64,000 nt of DNA from Candidatus Marinacidobacterales bacterium (GTDB lineage Bacteria > Acidobacteriota > Vicinamibacteria > Marinacidobacterales > SMYC01), in the NCBI GenBank assembly GCA_965237955.1, contig OZ250169.1:4416001-4480000 (forward strand), in the 5' to 3' direction. The stretch's first letter is position 1, and every line of letters begins with the position of its first letter. The notes under the pieces are model-generated. The model searched no databases. It had not been told where the DNA came from and saw only the letters and a list, made by a program, of their open reading frames with translations. Position numbers and translations under genes: made by a program. Positions 10,669 through 19,307 of the stretch are shown here, in pieces.

Positions 10669-11403
10669 TCATTTCCTCGATAGCGCGTCTTCGGTGAATT
10701 CTTCCTTGACCAGAGCCTGGTTGACGCGCACCTCGCTCAGTGTGAACACGGTCGTGCTGTCCGTGGTCGCGCTCTTGACCTCGATCCGATGCGCGAGAAG
10801 GATGCCGTCGCCGAGATCGCGGATATCCGTCAACTTAGCCTCTTTCATCAATCCGCCGTTCCGATCGAAGAACAACGCCCTGACGTTGACGAAATCCTTC
10901 TTGCGAATGAAACCTCGAAACTTGCCGTAGACGATTTTTCGCCGCGGCGTCCCCTCCATGACGTAGCACGGCTCGCCGTCGATCACTGCTTCGCCTATTA
11001 GCTCGTGCAACAGGTCGTCGAGGTGCGCACCGCCGGCAAGGTCCGCGTAGGTGATGTCGGAGCCGAGAAAGGGATCGTCCTGACTCTTTCCCGGAATCGC
11101 GCGCACCAAATCCAGATCGGGAAAGTACGCCCACTCGCGATTGCGCTTGCCACGCTCCGCCTGGATCAAGAACTTCGTTCCCGCCATCGCGCGCGGCTCT
11201 TCGAGGGCGATAACGGCTCGGTAGTCGACTCCCTCGCGTTTCATCGAGAGGGCGAAACGCCGTGTCTTGACCTCACCGCCGGTCGTAATCTTGAGGAGCG
11301 CTGATGCTTGAAGATCCTCGATGCGGAGCTCCTGTTGTTTGACGCGGGCCACGATCGCTCCGGCGGATATCTGTGCAACGAGAACGGCGGAGACAACGAT
11401 CAC
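10669..11403 (-). CDS. Outer-membrane lipoprotein-sorting protein (LolA-like)
   Basis: Signal peptide, AGTKFL, WAYFPDLDLVRAI and FLGSDITYADL motifs. Confidence 0.8.
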   Translation of the reverse strand: MIVVSAVLVAQISAGAIVARVKQQELRIEDLQASALLKITTGGEVKTRRFALSMKREGVDYRAVIALEEPRAMAGTKFLIQAERGKRNREWAYFPDLDLVRAIPGKSQDDPFLGSDITYADLAGGAHLDDLLHELIGEAVIDGEPCYVMEGTPRRKIVYGKFRGFIRKKDFVNVRALFFDRNGGLMKEAKLTDIRDLGDGILLAHRIEVKSATTDSTTVFTLSEVRVNQALVKEEFTEDALSRK

Positions 11404-12599
11404 GACGTACTACTTCGTTCATAGAGATGCCAACCCAAGAACAGATACACGCACCCGAACCCGAACAGGGCCGCCGTCGCCGGCAAGATGTCCGTGAAAC
11501 CTCTTTGTCGCAGCATCAAATCGTTGAACGCATCCATTGCCCACGCGGTTGGGAACACATGGGCGACCCGCTGGAGCCAGAACGGCTCGATGGTGATGGG
11601 CCACCAGCACCCTCCGATCGCTGCCATCGCGACCACCGCCATCGTCCCCATCGGCAGCACCGCCTCCCGGCTAGGCGCGAGGGTCGCCGCTAGCAAGCCG
11701 AAGGCGGCGGACGCGAAGGTGATGCCGAGGATGACGAGACCGAGGGCGGCGATCGAGGGACCGAGCGAGATACCGAACGCGATACGCCCGAACGTGAACA
11801 GCACAATCATTTGGACGGTTCCGATGAGAAAACGCGACAACACCTTCCCGGTCGCGACATGTTTCACCCCGACGGGGCTCGCGGCGATGCGGTGCAACAT
11901 CCCCCATTCGCGCTCGTCGATGAGACCCACGCCGACGCCGAACAGCATTCCCAAGAGCAAAAACGTCACGCTGAAGCCGGGGACGTTCTGATCGAACGAA
12001 TTGAACTCGAGCGGGCCGCCGAAGACACTCGTCTCATCGAGGCCGACGGACTTGTCGAGGAGACGACCCGCTAACTCCGCGGAGTCTTCGAACAGCGTTT
12101 CGAAGTCGGCGTCGCCCGCATGGGTCAAGACTTGGACGACCGAGATCCGGGCCGCCACTTGAGTGGCGACCAACCCCGCTCGTGCCCGCTCGACGGCCGC
12201 GCGAATTTTGATCGCTTCCAGATGTTTGACTGGATCGGTCCACAACAGAAGCTCGACGGGCTCACCGGCGACAAACGCATCGGAGAAGCCTTCGGGAATG
12301 ACGAGCGCCGAGCCCGCGATTGGTGTGTCGGCGACGAGCCTGCGGGCCTCGTTGCGATCGACCCGCATGACCTCGAGCTCATCGGATGCCTCTAGCTCGC
12401 TCACGAGACGCTGAGAGACTTCCCCCTCGTCGAGGTCGGCCACTGGGAACGCGTGCCGCTCCGCGCGGTAGAGGGTCGAAAGGGAGAACCCCGCCACTGT
12501 AATCACGACCACAGGCGCGAGCAGCAGTAACAAGAGCGCCAACCGATCCCGCTGAAGGAGTTTCAAGTCTTTAATTATCAACGTAATGAGCGCGCGCAC
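11400..12599 (-). CDS. ABC-2 type exporter permease
   Basis: N-terminal TM, large extracytoplasmic loop, DEREWGMLHRIAASP and six-TM C-terminus ending AIGGCWWP...PTAWAM. Confidence 0.9.
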   Translation of the reverse strand: MRALITLIIKDLKLLQRDRLALLLLLLAPVVVITVAGFSLSTLYRAERHAFPVADLDEGEVSQRLVSELEASDELEVMRVDRNEARRLVADTPIAGSALVIPEGFSDAFVAGEPVELLLWTDPVKHLEAIKIRAAVERARAGLVATQVAARISVVQVLTHAGDADFETLFEDSAELAGRLLDKSVGLDETSVFGGPLEFNSFDQNVPGFSVTFLLLGMLFGVGVGLIDEREWGMLHRIAASPVGVKHVATGKVLSRFLIGTVQMIVLFTFGRIAFGISLGPSIAALGLVILGITFASAAFGLLAATLAPSREAVLPMGTMAVVAMAAIGGCWWPITIEPFWLQRVAHVFPTAWAMDAFNDLMLRQRGFTDILPATAALFGFGCVYLFLGWHLYERSSTS

Positions 12600-12647
12600 C
12601 GCTGTACCTATTTGGCCGACAGTTTATACCACAGGCCCCGAGTCAAT

Positions 12648-12678
12648 ACTTGACAAAAAAGTCATGTTTTGAGATACT
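12648..12678 (+). promoter_or_regulatory. Sigma-70 promoter overlapped by an Rrf2/IscR-like operator
   Basis: TTGACA(12650)-17 bp-GATACT(12673); imperfect palindrome ACTTGAC-N6-GTCATGT covers the -35 box. Confidence 0.65.
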
Positions 12679-12698
12679 AATCACAACGGGAGGCGACC

Positions 12699-13190
12699 AT
12701 GAGGATTACGGCGCAAGAAGAATATGGGCTCCGTTGCCTCCTCCAGCTAGCCAAAAACGCCGGCGCGGCGCGTCCGGTGACGGTGCGGGAAGTCGCGGCG
12801 AACGAGGGCATTTCGACCGCGTACGCGGAGAAGCTCCTGTACCAATTGTCGAAGGCCGGACTCGCCGAGTCCGTCCGGGGGATTCGCGGCGGCTTTCGCC
12901 TCAAACGACGCCCCGAAGACGTCACCGTAGGGGACGTCGTGCGCGCTCTCGGAAGCTTTCTCACTCACGCTGCCATCTGCCAGCGCTTTACCGGTGAAGG
13001 AACTCAGTGTGTCCACAACAAGAATTGCGGGCTCCGACCCGTGTGGAGCACGCTGAACTACCACATCCAAAAATTGCTCGACAACATGCCCCTCACGTTG
13101 TTGCTCCAGGACGAGCGCGACGCGCGCCAGGCGATGGTCGAGATGGTGCCCTTTCCTTTCGCATCCCAAACGCCAGGCGGTGCTGCATGA
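12699..13190 (+). CDS. Rrf2-family transcriptional regulator with three Fe-S-type cysteines
   Basis: EEYGLRCL, SVRGIRGGFRL winged helix and C-x9-C-x5-C; RBS GGGAGG. Confidence 0.92.
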   Translation: MRITAQEEYGLRCLLQLAKNAGAARPVTVREVAANEGISTAYAEKLLYQLSKAGLAESVRGIRGGFRLKRRPEDVTVGDVVRALGSFLTHAAICQRFTGEGTQCVHNKNCGLRPVWSTLNYHIQKLLDNMPLTLLLQDERDARQAMVEMVPFPFASQTPGGAA

Positions 13191-14386
13191 CGACCCACGT
13201 CGACATCGAATACGTCTCTCCGATCACCTACGAGCTCTTCGAGTGGGAGCTTCCCGCTCGCGAACCGGTCCCCCCTCCCGAAGCCGAGGCGAGCGACGTT
13301 TCACAAAACGACCTCGGCTATTTCATGACCATGGCCGGGCGGCACGAGCTCCTCACCGCCGAAGAAGAGCGCACGCTGGGTGCAGCGCTATGGACGGCAC
13401 GCCGGCGACTGCTGCGCATTCTGCGTCGCGCTCGCGCCGGATCGGGTGAGTTTCCGGGTGAGTTTCCCAGCATCATCGAAACGTCACCTCCGACGCGTCC
13501 GGTAACACGGTCGACAAGACGGCGTTTGGCGAACGTCGAGCTCCTGGCGCGCGAGCTGAACGACGCGTTGAAGACGCCCGGTCGCGTCGCGCTTCCGAAC
13601 GGATTCACGAAAAAGCGACTTACAGCCCATCGGACGAGCCTGAGCGACACGCTTTGGCAAATGGACGAAGTCCGTCGCGAGCTCTTGGAGCGCAACCTGC
13701 GCCTCGTCGTCTGGGTGGCGAAGCGATTCCGCGGGCGCGGTTTCGACTTCATCGACGTCATCCAAGAAGGAAGCCTCGGGCTGATGCGCGCGGTCGATCG
13801 CTTCGACCCCGCGGTCGGCGCCCGCTTCTCGACGTTCGCGACCCATTGGATCCAACAAGGCATTCGCCGCGCGCTCGCCGAAAAAGAGCGCATGATCCGC
13901 ATCCCGGTGAACCGCATTCCCGAAGTGCGGCAAACAATGTACGCGCGCGCGCATCTCGCGGAGGAGCTCGGACGTCCGGCGCAACCCGAAGAGATCGCGA
14001 AGGAGATTGGCCTCCCGCAATACAAAGTGGAAGAGCTCCTTCCCGCCATCGCCCCCATCGATTCGGTGGACGCACCGATCGGCTCGACGAACCGGCAGCT
14101 CGGTGACGTGCTCGAAGACCGCACCACACCGACGCCCCTCGACGGAGCAATCGATGCAGAAACCCGGCGCGTCATCAAAACCGTCCTGCACGAGCTCCCC
14201 GACCGCCAACGCGTCATCCTTTCCATGCGCCACGGCATCGGCTACCCGAAGGAGTGCACGCTCGAAGAGATCGGCAAAGCTCTAGGATTGTCGCGCGAGC
14301 GGATCCGTCAAGTGGAGAAGGTAGCGGTAGCGTCCGTACGCGAGTGGATGCAAAAGCATCGCCCCCAACTGGCCGAACCGGTATAG
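13187..14386 (+). CDS. Alternative (group 2-like) sigma-70 factor
   Basis: Regions 1.2 (LLTAEEE), 2 (NLRLVVWVAKRF, QEGSLGLMRAVDRFD), 3 and 4 (TLEEIGKALGLSRERIRQVE); no region 1.1; ATGA overlap with rrf2. Confidence 0.92.
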   Translation: MTTHVDIEYVSPITYELFEWELPAREPVPPPEAEASDVSQNDLGYFMTMAGRHELLTAEEERTLGAALWTARRRLLRILRRARAGSGEFPGEFPSIIETSPPTRPVTRSTRRRLANVELLARELNDALKTPGRVALPNGFTKKRLTAHRTSLSDTLWQMDEVRRELLERNLRLVVWVAKRFRGRGFDFIDVIQEGSLGLMRAVDRFDPAVGARFSTFATHWIQQGIRRALAEKERMIRIPVNRIPEVRQTMYARAHLAEELGRPAQPEEIAKEIGLPQYKVEELLPAIAPIDSVDAPIGSTNRQLGDVLEDRTTPTPLDGAIDAETRRVIKTVLHELPDRQRVILSMRHGIGYPKECTLEEIGKALGLSRERIRQVEKVAVASVREWMQKHRPQLAEPV

Positions 14387-14569
14387 ATCAGCTTCCAGCC
14401 AGCCTTCGGGAACCTTTCGCGGTACTTTGGCTCTAAGTTGTCGTTGTGTTGGAGCTCATAGATCGGCTGCCTTGGAGTCTTGCGGTTATTCTGTGCCTGA
14501 CGCTGTGGAGTGAAGGGACTTTTGAGCGAAGAGCAGAAGACGACACTAAAATACTCCGGGTGGTGCAGC

Positions 14570-15462
14570 ATGAACAATTCAACCGTGCACAACCGGAGCG
14601 CCCGGCTGCCCCCGCCAGTCTGGGCCGCAGGTCGCGGTGGTGGCTCGAATACGCGGTCGTGCGGTCTCTAGAGGCCGTTGCCGTGGTCCTACCTCGGAAC
14701 GTGGTTCACGCAATGGGTGCTTGGCTCGGCCTGGCGGCTCGGACCCTGCCGTGAGACGCTCCGTCGTCATTGCGAATCTTCGCCATGTCGGTCTCGGCGC
14801 CGACGAGCAGATTCGACGCGTGGTACCCGAGCTCTACAAAAACATGGGGCGATATTGCATGGACCTGTTGCGGGCGAATCCACGGCCGGGAGATTCTCCG
14901 CGACCTCGACGAAAAGGGCACCATCGCGCTCGGGGCGCACTTCGGTAATTTCGAGCTGCTCGCTCCCGTCTTCGGCACCTCGGTGGGCGATCTTCACGTC
15001 ATCGTCAAGGCGATGCACAACCCCTTCGTCGAACGCTGGCTCGACAAAAGACGTCTCGCGACAGGCGTGCACACCATCCACCACGCCAAGGCTACAAGGA
15101 AGGCGCTCACAATCTTGAAGCGCAAGGGCTGCGTGGCGGTGCTCGTCGACCAGCACCCGGGCCGCAACGGGATACCCGTTCCCCTTCTGGGCCAGACCGC
15201 CTCTACCGTGCGAGCCGTCGCGGGATTGCAGGAAAGAACGCGTGCGCGCGTCGTGAGTGCCTGCGCAATCTTGGGATCGGATGGCGTCTACGACGTCTAT
15301 CTTGCTGTCGAACCCTTCGAACTGGACGGCCTAGGCCGCGAGGCGCGGCTCAGCCGGATCCAGGAAAGACACAATGAGATCATCGGGGAGTGGATTCGCG
15401 AGCGCCCCGAGCATTGGTTCGGCTGGTTCCATCGCCGCTTCAAACCTTTCCTCGAATACTAG
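14570..15462 (+). pseudogene. Lipid A late acyltransferase (LpxL/HtrB family) with two frameshifts
   Basis: WLEYAVVRSL...GAWLG, then RRSVVIANLR, then AHFGNFE, LVDQ and RERPEHWFGWFHRRFK lie in three successive frame segments (shifts near 14748 and 14872). Confidence 0.8.
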
Positions 15463-15594
15463 ACACGATGAAGCTTCGATGAGCCCGATCTACGCAAGCT
15501 CATCGCCGAGTCCTACCCGGAAGACGGGGCGACCGGTTTCGAAGTCGGCGAGCTGCGAGGCTGGATGAGGGCCCGAAGTGCCGCGCGAGCGATA

Positions 15595-15621
15595 ACCTCT
15601 CCCCCGCTTGGGGGAGAGGTC
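15595..15621. repeat. REP-like GC-rich hairpin
   Basis: ACCTCTCCCCC-GCTT-GGGGGAGAGGT stem-loop. Confidence 0.6.
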
Positions 15622-15837
15622 CAGTCGCAAGCTGCCTCCAGCTGAGGAGCCGAGCGGCGCGACTCCGGACGTGAGAAAAAATCGCGTTTCCCAAGGGAGA
15701 TGGGGATGGTTGGTCCACACTTCTGTCAACTAGGGGGTCGGGTCCGCGCGGTACGGATTCACCCGATATCGTATCGGCGTTTCGTTGGTGCGTATTGCTA
15801 GCGCTTTAACAAGTCGGGCTGCGTGTGCTCAACGCGC

Positions 15838-16593
15838 TCACGTCGGCACGAGTGTCGATACCATCTTCGGCCTCCAGCGGAGGCGAATCCACTGCAAGAT
15901 ATCGTAGGTGAGGGCGACCCACAGAGATTCAGTGCGCACTTTGGCGACTCCGCGCACGCTAAACTGCCGCAGGCCGAACTTGGTTTTGATCCAGAGATTC
16001 GGAAACTCGGCCACCTGCGAGCGTGTCTTATAGATGGCCTTGGCTTCGTCGGTCTGCATCTTCTTCCGGAACGCGGCTATGTCGGGCAAGAGTTCGCGCC
16101 GCTCGATCGAGCGGCCGTGCTGCGTACGAGGACAACACTGCTCTTTGGCCGGACACGTCTGGCAGTCTTGCTTAGACGCCTTATATCGATAGCGCATCGT
16201 GCCATGGCTTTCCTGCTTGGCGTCGTAGCGTAAGTGCTTGCCCTGCGGGCACACATACGTGTTGGTCTGCGTATCGAAGACAAACTTCGACGCCTCGTAT
16301 TCCGCTTTCACGCCGTGGTGCTTATACGACTTGCGCCGATTGGCCTCTGCTGCCTTGTTCTCGTGGTCGGGGCCGACGAGATCGATGCCGCGCTTCGCCA
16401 TCTCCGCGATGTTGTTGCTACTAATGTAGCCTCCATCTACGACCATCTGCTCGGGCGCACGCTGCATGCTCTGCTCAATCCGTTCTATGGCCGGCGTCAG
16501 CTGCTGATAATCGCTACCGGCCTGCGTGGCATCGATGTCGACAATCAGGCCGTGTGCGGCATCCGTTGAGACTTGGACGTTGTAGTTAGGTGC
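15838..16593 (-). pseudogene. IS1182 transposase, C-terminal fragment
   Basis: APNYNVQVSTD, VDGGY, YVCPQGK, CQTCPAKEQC and YKTRSQVAEFPNLWIK...GLRQFSVRG. Confidence 0.88.
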
Positions 16594-16637
16594 GGAGCGG
16601 AACGTGTCAACAACTTTGAGACACCCGCGGACTGCAT

Positions 16638-17771
16638 TTAGTGAGCCTCAATCAATGCAGTAAGACTCGTGGGCCCGGGGCGGTCACCGTCTGCGTGCGG
16701 CGAGATCTGGTCGCGTTGGCCTGAATCCGGGGGCCCCAGGTGTGGACCACCTCGAGAAAGTGGCTCCGGCGGCCTCCTGGCGCGTCGTTTTCTCCGGCGG
16801 CGGGTTGATCCAGGCCTGAGGAGGCAAAACGGGGGGCTGTGGCATTCCGCGAACGAAGCGTTCGGGATGAGCCGATGAGCTTCGAGGAGGATTTGGCGCC
16901 GGGCAGTGGTGAGCTGTTCCGCGAGACCATCGTGAACGGCGGCCGGTGTCATGAGGCCGATTCCCGAGTGCCGGCGTTCGTGATTGTAGTAGTCGAGGAA
17001 GCCGCCGCAGAACAGCCGGCCGTCTTCGATGGAACCAAAACGGCTCGGAAACTGAGGGCAATACTTCAGAGTCTTGAACTGGGACTCGGAGTAGGGGTTA
17101 TCGTTCGAGACGTAAGGTCTGGAGTGGGTCTTGGTAACGCCGAGGTCAGCCAGGAGCATAGCTACGGACTTGCTTCGCATCGAGCTGCCACGGTCGGCGT
17201 GGATGGTGAGCTGGTCTGGTTCGATGTTCTGTTTGCGGCAGCTCTCGCTGATGAGACGACGAGCGAGCTCAGCGCTTTCTCGTCGAGCCAACATCCACCC
17301 GGTCACGTAACGGGAGAAGATGTCCAGAATCACGTAGAGGTAGTAGTAGGTCCACTTGACGGGGCCACGCAGCTTGGTGATATCCCACGACCAAACCTGG
17401 TTCGGCGCTTCGGCCAGCAGCTCCGGCTTTTGATAATTCGGATGTCGCAGCTGGTTCCGGCGCTCTCGGACCTCTCCGTTCTCCGCCAGAATCCGATACA
17501 TCGTGCGGATCGAGCAGTAGTAGATTCCCTCGTCCAGGAGCGTGGCCCACACCTGAGCGGGCGCCTTGTCGACGAACCGCTCGGAGTGCAAGGCACCGAG
17601 AACCAGCTCACGTTCGGTCACATCGAGGGCTCGGTGCGACCGAGGGCGGCGTTTCGCATTGGACGTCACCGTCTGGCGCCTGCGATACAACGTGGAGCGA
17701 GCTATTCCAAGGGCCTCGCAGGCTTCCGCCGTCTGTCCAATTCGTCCCGCCAGCTCCTCGGCCGCCACCAT
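16638..17771 (-). CDS. IS3-family transposase OrfB (DDE integrase core), C-terminus frameshifted
   Basis: WSWDITKL, ILDIFSRY, HADRGSSM and SNDNPYSESQFKTLKY; the expected tail HPERFVRGMPQPP lies in another frame near 16875. Confidence 0.88.
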   Translation of the reverse strand: MVAAEELAGRIGQTAEACEALGIARSTLYRRRQTVTSNAKRRPRSHRALDVTERELVLGALHSERFVDKAPAQVWATLLDEGIYYCSIRTMYRILAENGEVRERRNQLRHPNYQKPELLAEAPNQVWSWDITKLRGPVKWTYYYLYVILDIFSRYVTGWMLARRESAELARRLISESCRKQNIEPDQLTIHADRGSSMRSKSVAMLLADLGVTKTHSRPYVSNDNPYSESQFKTLKYCPQFPSRFGSIEDGRLFCGGFLDYYNHERRHSGIGLMTPAAVHDGLAEQLTTARRQILLEAHRLIPNASFAECHSPPFCLLRPGSTRRRRKRRARRPPEPLSRGGPHLGPPDSGQRDQISPHADGDRPGPTSLTALIEAH

Positions 17772-17799
17772 CAATCGTTCTCGTCGCTGTCTGGTGGAT

Positions 17800-18237
17800 T
17801 CAGGGGGATCCCCAGAAGTCGGAGGTTTTTTTTTGGATCTCTAGCATCGTCTCCACCCGAGCCAGGCGATGCTTCAATCGCGCGTTCTCGCGCTCGAGCT
17901 CCTTGACCCGTGGATCCTCTGCCTTCGCCTTCCGTCCTCGCTTCCTCGATGTCAACCCCGCCTTGGCAATCTTGTCACGTTGGCGACGCCAACTCGAAAG
18001 ATGCGACGAGTACAGTCCCTCTCGACGCAGAAGAGCCGCAACATCCCCGTCACCCTTGCAAGCATCGGCCTCGCGCACTATCCGCAGCTTGTACTCTGCG
18101 GTAAAGCGTCGACGCTTCGCTTGCTCACTCACTTCGGGATCCGGGACCCCTGCCGCATCGCGGCCGGCGCGATCTGCAGTCGCCCTACGGGCTCCTTCCG
18201 ATCCCGCCGGGGTCATTCTCTCAATCAACGTAGTCAT
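17800..18237 (-). CDS. IS3-family transposase OrfA (HTH)
   Basis: RRRFTAEYKLRIV and LLRREGLYSSHL; A9 tract at 17826-17834 near the 3' end. Confidence 0.88.
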   Translation of the reverse strand: MTTLIERMTPAGSEGARRATADRAGRDAAGVPDPEVSEQAKRRRFTAEYKLRIVREADACKGDGDVAALLRREGLYSSHLSSWRRQRDKIAKAGLTSRKRGRKAKAEDPRVKELERENARLKHRLARVETMLEIQKKTSDFWGSP

Positions 18238-18308
18238 TCATGATCCTCCTCCGCCCTCTACACTAATTTCAAGGGGCGAAGTGTCTCAAGGACGTTGGCA
18301 CAGAGGGC

Positions 18309-18984
18309 TGGCGCGTTGCTGCGCTGCCTGCATCTGCCGGCTCGATTCCTCCTCCGTCTGGGCGTTGAGAGTCTCTACCGCCTCACGCGCCTGCTCCAGA
18401 CACTCTTCGACCGTCGGCTTGCGGCGAAATCCACTCGACGAAGCGTTCGCGCGCACCTTCGTCCCATCCAGCATGACTCGCTCGAGCGTGATCAATCCGT
18501 CCGAACTCAGAACTCCCAGAGCTTGCACAAACAACTCGTCCAGGATCTCCCTATGAATCATCCGAAAGTCCGACAGCGTGTGCGCACTGATGCTCTGCAT
18601 TCCGCTGAGCCATTGATACGCCGGATGATGTTCGCACAGCCGCTCAACCGCGCGGGCCGAACTCACGGCTTGGCTGTAGCTGTAGACCCACAGGCTCACC
18701 AGTAGCTGAGGATCAAACGCAGGCCGGCCTGCGCCACCCGCGACCGAGCGGACTTGATCCGTGTACCCGCTGAGATCCAGCCGACCCACGAACTCCCAGA
18801 TCGCACGCGCTGGGTGATCCTCTGGGATCAAACGCTCCACGTCGACCGTCCGCAGCAGCAGCTGCGCCCTATCGACCACCTTCAACCGAGCTTGTGTCAC
18901 GCGCGCTCCCTCATCGCCGTCATCACCATCGCTGCGTTTTCGCGGACTCGGAAAGCCTGGAAGTGACGTTTGCTTATCACCCAC
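18309..18984 (-). pseudogene. IS1182 transposase, N-terminal fragment
   Basis: LIPEDHPARAIW, GRPAFDPQLL, SSARAVERLC, HTLSDFR and LDGTKVRANAS; cut by the IS3. Confidence 0.88.
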
Positions 18985-19180
18985 GTTTACCCCGCTTCCT
19001 CCCACGCTTTGCCTTAGGCGTCCGACGCACAATCAGTGTGTTTCGATCCTCCACCACCCACTCCAGCTCCTCGCCCGGCTCCATCTCTAGCGCCTGGGCT
19101 AAAGGTGACGGGCAAATCACATAGAACTGACGGGTGTCGTTGGCTCGCTTGATCACCTGCAGCTTTGTCACGTATCCCAT
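18977..19180 (-). CDS. AbrB/SpoVT-like small DNA-binding protein inside the IS1182
   Basis: RQFYVICPSPLAQALEMEPGEELEWVVED swapped-hairpin pattern; its stop overlaps the transposase GTG. Confidence 0.7.
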   Translation of the reverse strand: MGYVTKLQVIKRANDTRQFYVICPSPLAQALEMEPGEELEWVVEDRNTLIVRRTPKAKRGRKRGKRG

Positions 19181-19307
19181 GCTGGTCACTCTATAACATA
19201 GCTGTACCGCTAGTCAAGCTTAATTTTTTATCACGTCCTCCGTCTAGACGGAGTTGACTCGGGCCCTACCGTTTGAATCGCCGCGTTGAAGCGGCTACAT
19301 TCCACGG

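Larger units (their letters stand above)
16597..18308 (-). mobile_element. IS3-family insertion sequence (degenerate) nested in the IS1182
   Basis: Imperfect IRs GTGTCAACAACTTTGAGACAC and GTGTCTCAAGGACGTTGGCAC; orfA plus orfB; no target duplication seen; exact ends uncertain by a few bp. Confidence 0.85.
15668..19237 (-). mobile_element. IS1182-family insertion sequence with an AbrB-like passenger gene, interrupted by an IS3
   Basis: Terminal IRs GACGTGAGAAAAAAT / ATTTTTTATCACGTC; 5-bp direct repeat CTCCG at 15663-15667 and 19238-19242; split transposase inside. Confidence 0.88.

Noticed and set aside
16839-17906. 355-aa plus-strand ORF in the IS3
   Set aside because: Antisense shadow of orfB.
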